A stretch of DNA of 63,989 bases, counting the filler, from Craspedostauros australis (Eukaryota), in the NCBI GenBank assembly GCA_030167865.1. It is 7 parts of 7 records of this genome, joined end to end, with 100 filler letters (N's around TTAATTAATTAA, not from the genome) between each part and the next. Parts side by side here need not be neighbours in the genome. Positions count along the whole stretch, not along the records: positions 62,809 to 63,989 come from JALAGF010006587.1; 6 more parts are not named here. The stretch is one strand, 5' to 3'. Both the position numbers and the translations under genes were made by a program. This document shows, one piece after another, positions 62,809-63,989 of this stretch (positions are counted from its first letter, which is position 1; the number at the start of each line of letters is the position of its first letter). Below the pieces are notes generated by a model. The model saw nothing but the letters and a program-made list of their open reading frames with translations, was not told where the DNA came from and ran no database searches.

Positions 62809-63989
62809 TGGAGTGCTCCACGCGAGGCCAGGCTCCCGATGAGTCCATGGTGGATGGCTGGCAGCTGCTCCTTCTCCAGCCTTTCGTTGATGTACGGCAT
62901 GTTCTTCATGACGTTGAACGGAGTCATCATCCCGATTTCGCGTAGGAGGAAGTAGAGGGTGCGAGCATCCACGCAAGTGTGTCTCTCTCTCAAGTTGTAC
63001 TCCTTCACTGTGTCGAGGCACAGCAGGGCAAGCTCGGAGCGCACACTGTCAGCCGGCATGGCGTTGCTCAATGAGTATCGCACTGCGAGTGCGAGNGACT
63101 CCTCCTTTGCNAGCATNGCGCGGCGTTCATCGCGTTCTTCGTGGGTNGTNGGTTTCACCACNNCCGTTCCTTCCGGTAGATCGATGAGGAATGGCTGGGC
63201 TGGACAATCGACGCAGTACGAGTAGATGTACCCTTGTTTGAAGCACAGTGGGCATGATGCCCATCCTTGGTACATTGCGCGCCCTGCTGCTTCGATCGTC
63301 TTCTCGATGGGAGGCTTGTTGGTGGAAAGCGAGAAGACAGGCTCTCTGCAGATGTCTTCCGCTCCGATCACCATTGCCACTTCATTGGTAGACTCCTCTT
63401 CGGTGCTGACGNNNNNNNNNNNNNNNNNNNNNNNNNNNNNNNNNNNNNNNNNNNNNNNNNNGTCGAGGCACAGCAGGGCAAGCTCGGAGCGCACACTGTC
63501 AGCCGGCATGGCGTTGCTCAATGAGTATCGCACTGCGAGTGCGAGTGACTCCTCCTTTGCCAGCATTGCGCGGCGTTCATCGCGTTCTTCGTGGGTTGTC
63601 GGTTTCACCACATCCGTTCCTTCCGGTAGATCGATGAGGAATGGCTGGGCTGGACAATCGACGCAGTACGAGTAGATGTACCCTTGTTTGAAGCACAGTG
63701 GGCANNNNNNNNNNNNNNNNNNNNNNNNNNNNNNNNNNNNNNNNNNNNNNNNNNNNNNNNNNNNNNNNNNNNNNNNNNNNNNNNNNNNNNNNNNNNNNNN
63801 NNNNNNNNNNNNNNNNNNNNNNNNNGCCACTTCATTGGTAGACTCCTCTTCGGTGCTGACGAGGTCTTCATCGTAGATGACCTCGTCGAAGAACCCGTCG
63901 TCATCGGTGGACTCGTCTTCGGACGGGAAGAGTTCGCGGTTGATGCGCTCGGCGGCGACCGCTGGTGGTCCGTAGTGACCATACACCCC
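62809..63989 (-). mobile_element. Probable LTR-retrotransposon polyprotein fragment (acidic spacer, CxxC-CxxC finger, helical domain), duplicated around gaps
   Basis: Acidic spacer, CPLCFKQGYIYSYCVDC, and a helical segment loosely like the gag-protease spacer at 27120-27400. 63012-63254 is repeated at 63462-63704. Confidence 0.45.

Noticed and set aside
43500..63989. Fanzor/TnpB or other RNA-guided nuclease in the transposon-rich half
   Set aside because: No ORF with split RuvC motifs plus a zinc finger. The CxxC pair near 63210-63255 lacks RuvC context.

Overview
Eukaryotic, most likely diatom, genomic DNA. The evidence is GT-AG introns, bipartite plastid presequences, a diatom-type HSF and CoDi-like Copia elements. 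The assembly is a gapped pseudo-scaffold: six artificial N-TTAATTAATTAA-N linkers make adjacency across them unreliable. Host genes: a plastid/thylakoid precursor truncated by an LTR, a two-exon alpha/beta hydrolase, an ankyrin-BTB protein, a rearranged ankyrin pseudogene, a GST-like protein, a membrane-anchored JmjC/cupin oxygenase, a three-exon single-chain cyclic-nucleotide-dependent kinase, an intron-containing tRNA-Tyr and a two-exon heat shock factor. The standout is an intronless fatty acyl-AMP ligase + carrier protein + three membrane/beta-helix modules gene with a poly-lysine-synthetase-like C-terminus (34155-39443). It is split by an LTR with a clean 6-bp target duplication and reconstructs to a single 1511-aa frame. 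The rest is dense in transposons: several Copia fragments (one with a chromo-like domain), a nest of related LTRs, a DDE_Tnp_4-type transposase, MITE-like TIR elements and a minisatellite. All calls come from reading motifs by eye; no database search was run.
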